Source: Macrostomum hystrix | Lineage: Eukaryota > Animalia > Platyhelminthes | Length of the DNA stretch: 64,000 nt | Direction of reading: 5' to 3' | NCBI GenBank assembly: GCA_950097015.1 | Contig: CATNEN010000025.1 | Span: forward strand, 7,626,001-7,690,000 | In this document: in pieces, positions 9,701 through 32,738 of the stretch | How the letters are laid out: every line of letters begins with the position of its first letter | How positions within the stretch are numbered: position 1 is the stretch's first letter | Translations under genes and position numbers: made by a program | Notes under the pieces: generated by a model | Seen by the model: only the letters and a program-made list of their open reading frames with translations | Told to the model about the DNA's origin: nothing | Database searches by the model: none

Positions 9701-12607
9701 GGAAAATCATTAACAGTGGGGAATCCTTAATAGAGGGAAATCCTTAATAGAGGGAAATCCTTTATAGAGGGGAATCTTTTATAGAGGGGAATCCTTTATA
9801 GAGGGGAATCCTTAACAGAGGGGAATCCTTAATAGAAGGGAATCCTTAATAGAAGGGAATCCTTAATAGAGGGGAATCCTTTATAGATGGGAATCCTTTA
9901 CAGAGGGGAATCCTTAAAAGAGGGGAACCCTTAATAGAGGGGAATCCTTAATATAGGGGAATCCTTAATCGAGGGAAATCTTTAAGATAGGGGAATATTC
10001 AATAGAGGGGAATACTTAATAGAGGGGAATCCTCTATCCTCTAAATGTTCTATTTTCAAAGTAATCTTATTCGTCGTTCTTCCTGGAAAACTGTTTATAT
10101 AATTTAACTACTCAAGCTGTTTAGATTTCGATGTAAATAATATTGTCTTCGAATGTGCTTTCCATGTTGTTCTTAAAAACTTGAAAAGCAGTCGAATTTT
10201 TTCATAGTTTAAATTTATTTTGTTTCTCAGTTCTGTTGTACAACTGTAATGGAATTGACATCGGCAAATTAAAGAACGATTGACAAAAGTTTGTATTAAT
10301 TTTTTAACTATAATTCCAGCCAGGAAGAGTTCCGACGGACAGCGCGAGAAAGCGGTCGAGCAGAAATACATCGGCTCCTGAGACTTCACGTAAGTTTTGG
10401 CTTTGGGACTAAATTCTGTTTCAGTGTAGTAGTAGAAAAAACCCTGAATAATTAGAGAACGTTATGAAGGATTAAGGAACCAACTGGCGGATTGGGAAAC
10501 GTCCTGAAGGATTAAGGAACCAACTGGCGGATTGGGAAACGACCTGAAGGATTAGGAAAGGTCCTGAAGGATATAGGAAACGTCCTGAAGGATTAGGAAA
10601 CGTCCTGAAGGATTAGGAAACGTCCTGGGGGATTGGGGAACGTTCTGGAGGATTAGGAAACGTCCTGAAGGATTAGGAAACGTCCTGAAGGATTAGGAAA
10701 CGTCCTGAAGGATTAGGAAACGTCCTGAAGGATTAGGAAACGTCCTGAAGTATTAGGAAACGTCTTGAAGGATTAGGAATGTCCTGAAGGATTAGGAAAC
10801 GTCCTGGGGGATTGTGGAACGTCCTGAAGAATTAGAGAACGTTATGAAGGATTAAGGAACCAACTGGCGGATTGGGAAACGTCCTGAAGGATTAGGAAAC
10901 GTCCTGAAGGATTAAGGAACTAACTGGCAGATTAGTAAACGTCCTGAAGGATTAGGAAACGTCCTGAAGAATTAGAGAACGTTATGAAGGATTAAGGAAC
11001 TAACTGGCGGATTAGAAAACGTCCTGCAGGATTAGGAAACGACCTGAAGGATTTGGGTACATCCTGAAGGATTAGGAAACGTCCTGGGGGAGTGGGGGAA
11101 CGTCCTGCAGGATTAGGAAACGACCTGAAGGATTAGGAAACATCCTGAAGGATTAGAAAACGTCCTGAAGCATTAGGAAACGTCCTGAAGGATTAGGAAA
11201 CGTCCTGGGGGATTGGGGAACGTCCTGGGGGATTGGGGAACGTCCTGGAGGATTAGGAAACGACCTGAAGGATTAGGAAACGTCCTGAAGCATTAGGAAA
11301 CGTCCTGAAGGATTAGGAAACGTCCTGAAGGATTAGGAAACGTCCTGGGGGATTGGGGAACGTCCTGGGGGATTGGGGAACGTCCTGAGGGATTTGGGAA
11401 CGCCGGAAAGATTAGGAAAATCTTTCCCAGAAAACGTCCTGTAGGATTGGAGAGCGATCTGAACGATTAGGAGACATCCTAGAGGGATTAGGTAACGTCC
11501 TTAGATCATTATTGACTACCAAAGAGAAAAAATACATATCTAAATTCTTTCCAGGCGATTCAGGGAGTGAATATGACGACGAATACCCGATGGTGGGCCC
11601 ATACAGTCCGGCAACCGGCTTCAGCGCCAGGCGTCAGCACCGGGTGGCCCGGCCGGACACATCGGCGCCGACCCCGCCGCCCCGACCCGCCTCTCATCAC
11701 CGTTTAGCTGAGGCAACGCCCTCTGCACACGATGGGTCTCGCATATTTGTAGCCCTATTCGACTACGATCCAGACAGCATGAGCCCCAATCCGGATGCGG
11801 TTTCAGTGGAGCTGGCCTTCAAGGAGGGCCAGTTGATGAAGGTCAGCCGTTGCTTGGTGGTAGTTGATTCATGCATCAGAAGCATACCGACCGTTAGGTC
11901 CCGACCGTTAGGTCCCGACCGTTAGGTCCCGACCGTTAGGTCCCGACAGTTAGGTCCCGACCGTTAGGTCCCGACCGTTAGGTCCCGACCGTTAGGTCCC
12001 GACCGTTAGGTCCCGACCGTTAGGTCCCGACCGTTAGGTCCCGACCGTTAGGTCCCGACCGTTAGGGCCCGACCGTTAGGTCCCGACCGTTAGGTCGTGA
12101 CCGTTAGGTCCCGACCGTTAGGTCCCGACCGTTAGGTCCCGACCGTTAGGTCCCGACCGTTAGGTCCCGACCGTTAGGTCCCGACGTCAAGAGATGTCTA
12201 GGGACTCCTGAAGAGCAGTCTTGCAGATCTGTTTCCATTTGACCGGTGGGCAGGTCTGGGGCAGCCGGGACTCGGACGGTTTCTATCGTGGCGAGTGCAA
12301 CGGACGCGCCGGCCTGATTCCAGGCAACATGATCAGCGAAGTTCACGTTAATCCAGCCGGCGGGCGCACTACCGGAGGCGCTCTCGGCGGCTGCGGCGGC
12401 GGAGCAGTCCGCATGGTGGCCCTGTACGACTACGACCCCAAGACGCTCAGTCCGAATGCGGACGCTGAAGCTGAGCTGGCGTTCAACGCCGGCGATGTCG
12501 TCCTGCCTCTGGGGCCGGTTGACGAGGACGGCTTCCTACTCGGGCAGCTCGAGCGGGACGGCGCGCAGGGCCTGGTGCCAAGCAACTTCCTGCAGCTCAT
12601 TGCGTGA
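724..12607 (+). CDS. RIMBP2: RIM-binding protein (RIM-BP/RIMBP2 family), multi-exon gene, 5' end not located
   Basis: Phase-consistent exon chain: 724-768, 2174-2492, 4493-4686, 5183-5258, 6692-7116, 7490-8074, 9173-9427, 10320-10389, 11555-11841, 12254-12607. Domain order is coiled coil, (partial) SH3, three FN3 repeats, then two C-terminal SH3 (ALFDYDPDSMSPNPDA..ELAFKEG; ALYDYDPKTLSPNADAEAELAF..GDV..G.VDEDGF..GLVPSNF), which is diagnostic of RIM-BPs. Confidence 0.9.
1202..2115. repeat. 20-bp minisatellite GAACTAGAATCGACCGTAGG (~45 copies)
   Basis: Direct tandem periodicity; RIM-BP intron. Confidence 0.95.
2174..2492 (+). CDS. RIMBP2: RIM-BP exon, coiled-coil region (ARLRELEKKRELESLRHEELMLEL...)
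   Basis: cag| acceptor and |gtgagt donor; resembles the RIM-BP N-terminal 'AKVRELEEK' coiled coil; phase 0 to 1. Confidence 0.75.
2541..3160. repeat. 20-bp minisatellite GGTGAGACTAGACCAGTAAG (~28 copies)
   Basis: Near-perfect tandem array just downstream of the donor at 2493. Confidence 0.95.
3775..4195. repeat. 16-bp minisatellite TTGCACATTCCCTAAA
   Basis: Tandem periodicity. Confidence 0.93.
4493..4686 (+). CDS. RIMBP2: RIM-BP exon with polyglutamine tract
   Basis: gcag| acceptor, cag|gtgaga donor; open in phase 1 to 0 (EYFPRALIGG...QKQLQQQKQQQQQQQQH...SSQGDQ). Confidence 0.65.
4805..4980 (+). mobile_element. Short dispersed repeat (SINE/LINE-tail-like), family 2
   Basis: The core CAGCCGCAGCTAT...GTACAGCTGTTCAGTCC.TGGACTG recurs at 24283-24335 (+) and 34967-35030 (-). 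The 3' part GTTAAGTGTCTTGCT.AAGGACAC resembles common L2/SINE tails (from memory). Confidence 0.55.
5183..5258 (+). CDS. RIMBP2: RIM-BP exon, C-terminal half of first SH3
   Basis: ttacag| acceptor, |gtgaga donor; GELLSDGRHGYIPSNYAEQ matches the SH3 end motif (G..G..PSNY). Confidence 0.7.
5310..5865. repeat. 12-bp CT-rich minisatellite TCTCTCTTCTCA
   Basis: Tandem periodicity; produces spurious ORFs in three frames. Confidence 0.93.
6478..6700. repeat. 21-bp minisatellite ACTGCAGAAAATCACACATCA overlapping an exon acceptor
   Basis: About 10 copies; the last copy runs directly into the FN3 exon. Confidence 0.93.
6692..7116 (+). CDS. RIMBP2: RIM-BP exon, FN3 repeat 1
   Basis: PPPPRQLAIERQLASSMLIGWQPP...YRVYVDG...TKALIE...HRVCVRA; donor cag|gtcagc. 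The exact acceptor is ambiguous because the upstream 21-bp repeat duplicates it. Confidence 0.9.
7275..7460. repeat. 21-bp minisatellite GTATTGACCTGTTCTCAGTCT
   Basis: Tandem copies, preceded by degenerate TATTTGTCTG repeats. Confidence 0.9.
7490..8074 (+). CDS. RIMBP2: RIM-BP exon, FN3 repeats 2-3
   Basis: Joins APTYLQ|VTRVTHSSAQL in phase 0; PDPPLGVAVEPGPQDGALLLTWLP..NGCRITGYAVYAD; donor ctg|gtgagt. Confidence 0.92.
8128..8418. repeat. Compound (CATGAC)n / CAAATGACTGAC minisatellite
   Basis: 6-bp core with an interspersed 12-bp variant. Confidence 0.92.
8432..8809 (+). mobile_element. tRNA-derived SINE, near full length
   Basis: 5' tRNA-like head with A box TGGCAGAGCGG and B box GTTCGATTCC, a 300-bp body and a (TAT)n tail; a second diverged copy lies at 13755-14042. 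Confidence 0.75.
9173..9427 (+). CDS. RIMBP2: RIM-BP exon, low-complexity linker
   Basis: GC-rich open frame with catag| acceptor and agg|gtataa donor, phase 0-0; no recognisable domain. Confidence 0.55.
9600..10035. repeat. 17-bp minisatellite GAATCCTTAATAGAGGG
   Basis: Degenerate tandem array. Confidence 0.88.
10320..10389 (+). CDS. RIMBP2: RIM-BP small linker exon (PGRVPTDSARKRSSRNTSAPETS)
   Basis: ttccag| acceptor and c|gtaagt donor; supplies the phase 0 to 1 switch needed before the 11555 exon. Confidence 0.6.
10445..11500. repeat. 20-bp minisatellite GAAACGTCCTGAAGGATTAG
   Basis: Tandem array with several variant units. Confidence 0.93.
11555..11841 (+). CDS. RIMBP2: RIM-BP exon, start of SH3-2
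   Basis: RIFVALFDYDPDSMSPNPDAVSVELAFKEGQLMK; ttccag| and aag|gtcagc boundaries. Confidence 0.92.
11887..12185. repeat. 15-bp minisatellite CCGTTAGGTCCCGA(C) (~20 copies)
   Basis: Near-perfect array inside the intron that splits SH3-2. Confidence 0.95.
12254..12607 (+). CDS. RIMBP2: RIM-BP last exon, end of SH3-2 plus SH3-3, stop
   Basis: VWGSRDSDGFYRGECNGRAGLIPGNMISEV...RMVALYDYDPKTLSPN...GLVPSNFLQLIA*. Confidence 0.93.
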   Translation, partial: VWGSRDSDGFYRGECNGRAGLIPGNMISEVHVNPAGGRTTGGALGGCGGGAVRMVALYDYDPKTLSPNADAEAELAFNAGDVVLPLGPVDEDGFLLGQLERDGAQGLVPSNFLQLIA

Positions 12608-13754
12608 GCCTGAGCTGCGTAGCCAACGACTGTTTAATCTCCCCCCATATGCCTAGCGAGGGATCCGTACGCCAACAACAACAACTGTTTAATCTCCGAT
12701 TCGTGCCAAAAGCTTCACTCTCTGCACTCCGACTATAAACACAATAATGAGCGAAAATGATTTGGGCGTGCATGGATTAAAGGATTAGTCCCATGTTTTT
12801 AAGTGCGAAATTAAAATGCTTTTTGCTACAAATCCAAACCATAGGGCACACAAGATTAAGAGATTGAGTAAATCTGTGTGGGTAGCGCATTTTGGGCTTT
12901 TGATCTTCGTTAATCGGACCGTCGAGCGGTCCTTCGTGTGTCGATTTAGGCTATTTTGTTTAAAACAAACGCATTAAACTTACACTCGTAATTTCTGCAA
13001 CGTTCTAGAAATAGTTTTTCAAACTACTTCAGTTTCCATTGTCCTTTCTTAGAGTTCACTTCTGTGTTTCTAGCATCGAATTCATGTTTCGTAAAATCCT
13101 TGTTGGGCAAAAGTTATTTTTTCAATATTTCTTTACAAACAAAACCTACATATCCTAATCAGTTGATGGTACTGTAAGAGTAACATTACAAGTGGTAAAA
13201 TTTCTCTCTCTTGATATATTTTATAACTTGCATTACCTAGTATGATTGTTCGTAATGATATGAAAATTTATCTCACAAAAATAGAAACAGGTAAACAGTA
13301 CTTCTCAAAAGTCCTCAGTTAACACAAGTATTATGTAATCTTGCCAGAAGTAAATATTTTTTCTGTCATTGCTCTGTGCTGCTACAATATTATACCTGCA
13401 TATTCACTAAAAGGGTCGAATTTAATGATTTTGATGAGGTTTCTCAACTTTATCGAGTCAAGAACTCTTTCGCGTTGAATTTCCTCATCCAGAAATTAGT
13501 TCATTTAGATAAGGCTACAGAATACAGAACAACATTTTTTGTTGATTTCGTCGTTTTTTATTCTTCCTCACGCAATCAATTTTCATTTGTGATTTCAAAT
13601 CACGAACAAATAAAAAGGTAAATAATAAATCCGTGGCTTTTTAACTTCGGAATTAAGAAGTAATTAAATATTGAAAAATTATATTTAGTTAGTGGAGAGT
13701 GTGTTAAAATAAAGCGACCGGGATTAGTAATTGAGATGAATTTCGGTACATAAA

Positions 13755-14042
13755 TAATTGCAGGAGGGCTGCGGGCAAGGTGACAGCATTTGGTGACACT
13801 GGACCCGCACCCAGCGAGGAGGCAATTCTGCCCATTTCGCTGACTCCTGAGCACACATGCACACACGCACACAATGTGTGTACATCTGCCCTTACTTTCT
13901 CATCGTCAGGCAGTGTACACTCACAGTGCCTTGGAGGTTGGCCTTGAATTAAGGGCGTGAATTGCACGACAAGCACCCGAGCCTCTCCGCAGCTGCGTCC
14001 CAAATAAATGTGGCCTCGCCGTGGAATTGAGCTCAAGGACCG
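13755..14042 (-). mobile_element. tRNA-derived SINE, 5'-truncated copy, inverted relative to the 8432 copy
   Basis: The reverse complement aligns along its length with about 8480-8790 (e.g. ...CCACGGCGAGGCCACATTTATTTGGG..., GCAGCCCTCCTGCAATTA). Confidence 0.75.
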
Positions 14043-14262
14043 CCTTAAAAAAACCTTAAATTGAAAGTTGACAACAGTTCCGAAGCAAAAGTATTCACTT
14101 CCTGTTCTATTGACCACTTCCATGAAAAGCTCAAATTTATTCAGCTAGGCGCAATGCAATCTGTGCTGTTTACTCAGGCTGAAATTACTGAAAGCAGCAT
14201 TTCGCACGTCACGTGCCCCTTTCACCTTCGCACATTAGCTATACACACGATCGAATATAGCA

Positions 14263-14884
14263 AATATACTCAGCAACAGCTAACCCCCCAACTCACGCTG
14301 TCACACGGCCCAAAAGTTTTGTATGCCATCGGTGACTCAGAAATGTGTGAAGGCTGCCGCCGCCAGACGCGAGCGCAAAGTGCGGCATGGGGGATTTGGG
14401 GAGGGGTGGCGCAACTCAACCCACTGGTGGCTGCATTGCGCAATGGTAAACCATCAGTAGTTAAAGTACGACAACCTTTGGCGGCCCGCAGAACTGCATG
14501 CTTCAAGACGACAACGCTGCGCCACATCGAGCAGCACACGTGCAGCTGCTGAAGGAGCAGCTCGGCATTCGCACATTGAACTGGCCGTCAAAGTCTCCAG
14601 ACATGAACCCCATCGAGCATGTCTGGGACTTTGTAAAGCGAAGAGTTCAGCAGGATGCCCCACAGAATGCTGAACAGTTGCGACTGGCGGTGCTGAATGC
14701 CTGGCAGAAGCTGCCCCAAGAGTTCATCAACCGGCTGGTGATCAGGATGCCACGACGAGTCACGGCACTTTTGCATGCTCGTGGTTCCTACACGCGATAC
14801 TGAGACTAGAATTAAAGACATTGCTTAACTTTTGTGCCCGTGTGACAGCGTGAGTTGGGGGGTTTAGCTGTTGCTGAGTATATT
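14263..14884 (+). mobile_element. Internally deleted Tc1-type DNA transposon (DD34E C-terminal fragment)
   Basis: About 55-bp inverted repeats at 14263-14318 and 14827-14884 with TA at both outer ends. 14498-14803 encodes QDDNAAPH...WPSKSPDMNPIEHVW...MPRRV.A...GS.TRY*, with 34 residues between the second D and the E. The N-terminal DNA-binding domain and first Asp are absent. Outer limits are uncertain. Confidence 0.9.
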
Positions 14885-15349
14885 CATACTTTTGCTATCG
14901 AGCTTTCAAGTCAATTCTTGGGTACACTCCTCAGCAAGTCTAAGACTGATCATCATTTTGATGAGAGTAATTTTTTTGTTAGACCAAAGTTAAAACAGCG
15001 AGTGAAAGAAAATAAATAGTCAAAGACTGTGTGTATTTTAATACACAAAACCTTGCTTTATGATTTTTTTAGAATGAGTTTTTACTAAATAAATGGAAGA
15101 CGCGATGCGATTCAGACAAGTAGAAAATAGGATTGAGGACCTAAGCTGTTATTCTATCTTCTGATGTTGGACGACAATTAATCAAGAAGGAATGAATAAG
15201 TGAAAGTTTAAACATGCGGATCCCATAATGATGACCAGTTCTCCATTGGATGGATGTTTGAACGTGGAACATGGCCAGGCGATGAGAGGAATCTATTGCT
15301 GTACAGTATACGTTATTGGAAGAGGCTTTTGTGGAAGAGGATATTTTTA

Positions 15350-15760
15350 GAAAAGTTAGTACTGGAAGAGGATATTACTGGAAGAGGACGTTACTGGAAG
15401 AGGACTTTACTGGAAGATATTATTACTGGAAGAGGACATTACTGGAAGAGGACGTTACTGGAAGAGGATATTACTGGAAGAGGACGTTTCTGGAAGAGGA
15501 ACGTTGCTGAAAGAGGACGCTACTGGAAGAGGATATTACTGGAAGAGGACGTTACTGGAAGAGGACGTTACTGGAAGAGGACGTTACTGGAAGAGGACGT
15601 TACTGGAAGAGGACGTTACTGGAAGAGGACGTTACTGGAAGAGGACGTTACTGGAAGAGGACGTTACTGGAAGAGGACGTTACTGGAAGAGGACGTTACT
15701 GGAAGTTACTGGACGAGGATATTACTAAACGAGGACGCTACTGGAAGAGGACGTTACTGA
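15350..15760. repeat. 16-bp minisatellite GTTACTGGAAGAGGAC
   Basis: Tandem periodicity; intergenic, downstream of the BK-beta-like gene. Confidence 0.93.
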
Positions 15761-15980
15761 AAGGTAATATTACTGAAGGAGGATGTCAGACGAAAGGGTC
15801 AATTTTTTTCGCAAGCTAAAACCTTGTGACACACCGATTGGTTCGCCTATGTTCGATGATAAAAATTTTCATTGCCATAGTACCAAAAGTAATAAAATAA
15901 CATTGTTCTACAGAACCGATTCCTTGATTTCAGGAATTGAATGCTACCGATTGTCTAGGTGAAAACAAAAACTTTGATCA

Positions 15981-17078
15981 TCAGTAGCTGATTTGGTTAG
16001 TCCACACCTTGCAGCCAACAGTGCACAGCACTATCCAGATCAGTAGGATGCCCAGGCCGAATATGAGCGACGGCCACAGAATGCAGTGGAACACCTGCGA
16101 CTCAGTGAACTCCCGGCCGTAGAGTGCCGAATAGTCAACACCGTTGGACTCCCGGCGAACATAGCAGGTGTAGTTCTGGCCCGAGGCGAACATCGACTTG
16201 TTGAGGTTGGCAACTTGTCCGGCATTCAGTACTCGGTCTTTGTAGCAGACTCTGGAGGCGCACTAAGGGGGGATTGACAGTTTTGCTAAAGCAGGTTCGA
16301 ACTCCATACCTCCTGGTTAGGATTCCGAAAGTCTTATCCTAAGGAAGGTTCGAACTCTAAACCTGCTGGTAAGGATTCCGAAAATGTTATCCTAAAGTAG
16401 GTTCGAATGTAGTCAGTAGTAAGTAGTAAGACCTATTACTAAAGTAGTAAAACCTATCCTAAAGTAAGGTCCTAAAGTAGGTTCGAACTCCATACCCCAG
16501 CAACGGTCTATATAAAGCATCGATAAAGACTCACCATTGAATTGAGTGAAGCGGCTGCATAGTAGGAGTAGATGAGGTAGATGCTGGCCTCTCCAGACAG
16601 CACGGGCGCACTCACAGTCGTGAAGTTCACGCGCACAATTAGGCAGGGAAAATTCGACGGATCACTGTCAGCCGCGTCCTGGCAGAACTGGCTGACGCCG
16701 TAGCTGCTGCGCAGGAACCGACAGCTGGCCAGCTGGAATTGGTTCTCCTGCAGGTAGGGGATCACGATAATGCCTAGTAGGATCATTTCAATCACGAATC
16801 CCATGATTAGACACGTGGCGCCGAACGTGTAGGCCCAGCGACCAGCACCGACGTCGATGCACAGCCGATTGCACACGTAGGCAATACCCATTGTTGTGGC
16901 CTGTCTAACTCTACCGTATCGATATGTTTGACGCGCCCGGATGAAGCTTTTTATTTATTTTCTGACAGCCTCACGCTAAGAATCGTGAGCCAATTCCTTT
17001 TTTATATTCCTGCTCTACTATCACCTCTGTTACCCCGGCTATCCCGGAAATGGCAGAGGGCGGCGGAAGACTCACCAT
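15981..17078 (-). CDS. BK-channel beta subunit (KCNMB) / TipE-like two-transmembrane protein, about 216 aa
   Basis: complement(join(15981..16262,16535..16900,17076..17078)). TM1 (TFGATCLIMGFVIEMILLGIIVIPY), a Cys-rich loop with FPCLIVRVN and C..VC..C motifs, and TM2 (VFHCILWPSLIFGLGILLIWIVL) resemble KCNMB. Canonical splice sites, all phase 0. Confidence 0.75.
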
Positions 17079-18087
17079 GAATTGGCAGCAGCTGCCCTTA
17101 CCCTAGACTGACTGATCAATCTTCCTGTGCTTTCTCTCTCCCTCGGCCAGTAAGTCACCACCGCCGCCGCCGTAAGCGGTGAGAAATCTCCACTTTGTCC
17201 TCGTTTTGTTTTTTCTCCTACCCTGCCTGCAGTCCCCTTAAACTACATGGCTGGTTCGCACGGTAGACTTGGCTGTGCGCCTGTATGCGCCTCAAATTCC
17301 CTTTTACGATTCGCATACAGCTTTTTCGTGTTAGCCGATATAGCCCTTGCATTCCAGAGCCAACCAGCTCTTGTATGTGTGATATGGGGGGCGGAGTGAG
17401 CTATGTCAGAAATCAATCGGCCTTCAGATGTACCATTAAAGTTAGCGGTGAACGATAAGTGCACTAGAATAAGAAATAATTCGACCAGGGGTTAGCGGTG
17501 TGAATTTTGCTACGCATCTTCGAAAGTTACGCAGTTATAAGAAAGGTCAATTTTCTATCAAAAGTTGCAGCTATTTTTGAGCATTTTTATCTGGAAATAA
17601 CAAGCTGCAAAAGCAACAGATTCTTTATTCAATATTAAGCTAGTATGGACATCTAGCTTCGGTTTTTATGTGCATTTCCATACAATATAAATATTTTTAA
17701 ACTGGTGTTATAATTTTAACCAATCTCAGAACAAATCAATTGCCCCAGAGCAGGCTGTTATAACTGTATAGTACATCCTGTTGGGTGCAGTAAGTTTAGT
17801 ATATTAGAGGCATATAGTATTGAAAGCTTATTTCATTAACCTTTTAATATTGTAGTACAAGTGAACTGTAAAGTATTCTGCTCACTTGTCAAAAGCTATA
17901 GTAGCTAATGGAATAAAAATGAAAGGCGATTATACACTTATGAATTGCAGCTTAATATTGATTGGAGAGCCTATATCAAGTACACTACTTTCAGTAGCTA
18001 ACGTAAAGTTCATTAAGTTTTATAGACGAGAGTTTGAGAAGGTTAGTAGTCGCTTAGTGGGGTGAAGGAGTGTGGGGATGAATGAGT

Positions 18088-18312
18088 GTGGTCTACCTGA
18101 TCTACGTGAGCTGCACCACCAACACCCTGAGAGACGGTCACCGCTCAGACATTATTCTGAAGTGGGAAAACCAGTGACACTCCACTTCAACTCTCCAGGA
18201 CAACACCCTGGCCCACCTCTCGATTTATCAGAACAATTGAATTAAAGCCTAGAATCCTCTATGAGCAGCAGGAGAGCACAAGTTACCGCGAAGCGTTTCG
18301 GGTTAATACTTA
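18088..18312 (+). pseudogene. Decayed Penelope-like (GIY-YIG endonuclease) fragment
   Basis: Across a frameshift it reads VVYLIYVSCTTNTLRDGHRSDI / KPVTLHFNSPGQH, similar to the PLE endonuclease motifs VYLI..YVG.T..L..R...HRSDI and PVA.HFNSPGH. Confidence 0.45.
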
Positions 18313-19740
18313 ATGACCATATTTAATGCTTGCACTTCTCAGTTCCGAATATTTTTTATTGCATACTTATACTTGTTTACACATTGCGTCACAATGACAA
18401 ACGAAAATACCGCAATGAAAACTTTACAAATTCAAGTTGGAGTATAAATAAAACAAAAGTAATATCGTTAGCTGTCAAAACGGGCAATTTTCTTGTCATC
18501 ATAGAGATTTAATTTACAACAAACCTTTACAAAATGAATGTATTTTTACAGCTAAAGGAAGATTTTTTTCAAAACTTGATTTACCTAAAAAGTTCAAAGT
18601 GCTTTAAAGTTTGCAATTATATTATCTAACTCATCCATCGTCCATCCTTGTTCTTCGTACGTCAAAATCGTTTGTTCAGTTAAGAAGCAGAATGTTTTAC
18701 TGGTTTCGGGCTAAAACACAAATTGCGCCACACACTATTTGACAGAAACACTAATGACTCTTTATAGCTATGTAAATTATATAAAAGGTGAACAGGAATT
18801 TCAGGCATGAAGGCATAGGCTTCATTTAATGCCAAGTGCCTAAGATCAGCTAGGGGTAGTTAGTTTTATACAATGAACCTTAAAATAACAAAATTGTATT
18901 CCTATTAGTTTCTAGATGCATTTCAGATTATGTATAAATAGCATCTGAATACTCATGTATGTTGAGTATATATGTTGAGCTTTTATAGCTAGCTCATGTT
19001 AATCATTCAAATTACTTAAAAAAGAAGCAATCTTTAGTTTTCAGTGCTTGGTCATAACAAATGAGCATAATGGCTATTTATATTCATATATGTTGAATTC
19101 AAGTATTAAAATGATCAAAAGCAAGACATCTGGATTGCTTGTTCTAGTCATATATTAACAAAATTGTTAGATTGTCCTATAGAAAAAAGATGAGTTGTGC
19201 ACGGTCTCAATTCTCATTTTGTCTAAATAGGTCAATGTAAATAATTGGACGCTTATAGAAAAATAAATTTTATGCCTATAGAAAAATTTCACATGATACA
19301 TATATCTTCAATTATTTTTTACTCCAGATATTTAAAACCCATTAGATTGTTTTTTTAATAGCAATCAATTTTGTATTTTCAATAAAAAGACAAAGTTTTT
19401 TGGCTCATTATGTTGGTATTATGCGGTATTAAAATGTATTACAGAGTATAGAATTTGTCATATTAGCTAGCTAGTTGTCTCATTATTTTTTTTAAGAAAA
19501 TATTTGGTAGCTAGTTATGTTGATTGATTGTTTTAGATGTATTCATTCAATCTGATATATTGTTTCATAGTAGCTTGATTTGAGGTTTTAAAATAAAACT
19601 TTTTGAGTGAGTTTTGTTTTAGATTTTTATTGTTTTGTAAAATAATACTTGCTTTTGTATATTCCTAAAATTCCAGATTTATAAAAGAAAAGCTAATCAA
19701 ATCTTTTCTAGCTACTCTTGCATACTTTGTTAAATTCACC

Positions 19741-32421
<12,681 letters not shown>

Positions 32422-32476
32422 ACTGTTTTCTGCGTGTCTGCGGATTGTGTTTGTTGAACACTTTTCGGGGGTCATT

Positions 32477-32738
32477 GACCTTCATTTGTGCTGAGTTTAG
32501 TAACCCTTATACGAACTCTTGACCTTCATTTGTACTGAGTTTAGTAACCCTTATACGAACTCTTGACCTTCATTTGTACTGAGTTTAGTAACCCTTATAC
32601 GAACTCTTGACCTTCATTTGTGCTGAGTTTAGTAACCCTTATACGAACTCTTGACCTTCATTTGTGCTGAGTTTAGTAACCCTTATACGAACTCTTGACC
32701 TTCATTTGTGCTGAGTTTAGTAACCCTTATTCGAACTC
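32477..32738. repeat. 44-bp tandem repeat x6 just after the CYFIP stop
   Basis: GACCTTCATTTGTGCTGAGTTTAGTAACCCTTATACGAACTCTT starting at 32477, 32521, 32565, 32609, 32653 and 32697. Confidence 0.95.

Noticed and set aside
17076-17140. Exon ending in ATG|GT, reminiscent of a flatworm spliced-leader RNA gene
   Set aside because: No resemblance to flatworm SL sequences as I recall them and no Sm-binding U-tract downstream; it splices in frame to the adjacent BK-beta-like exon, so it is better explained as a cis first exon.
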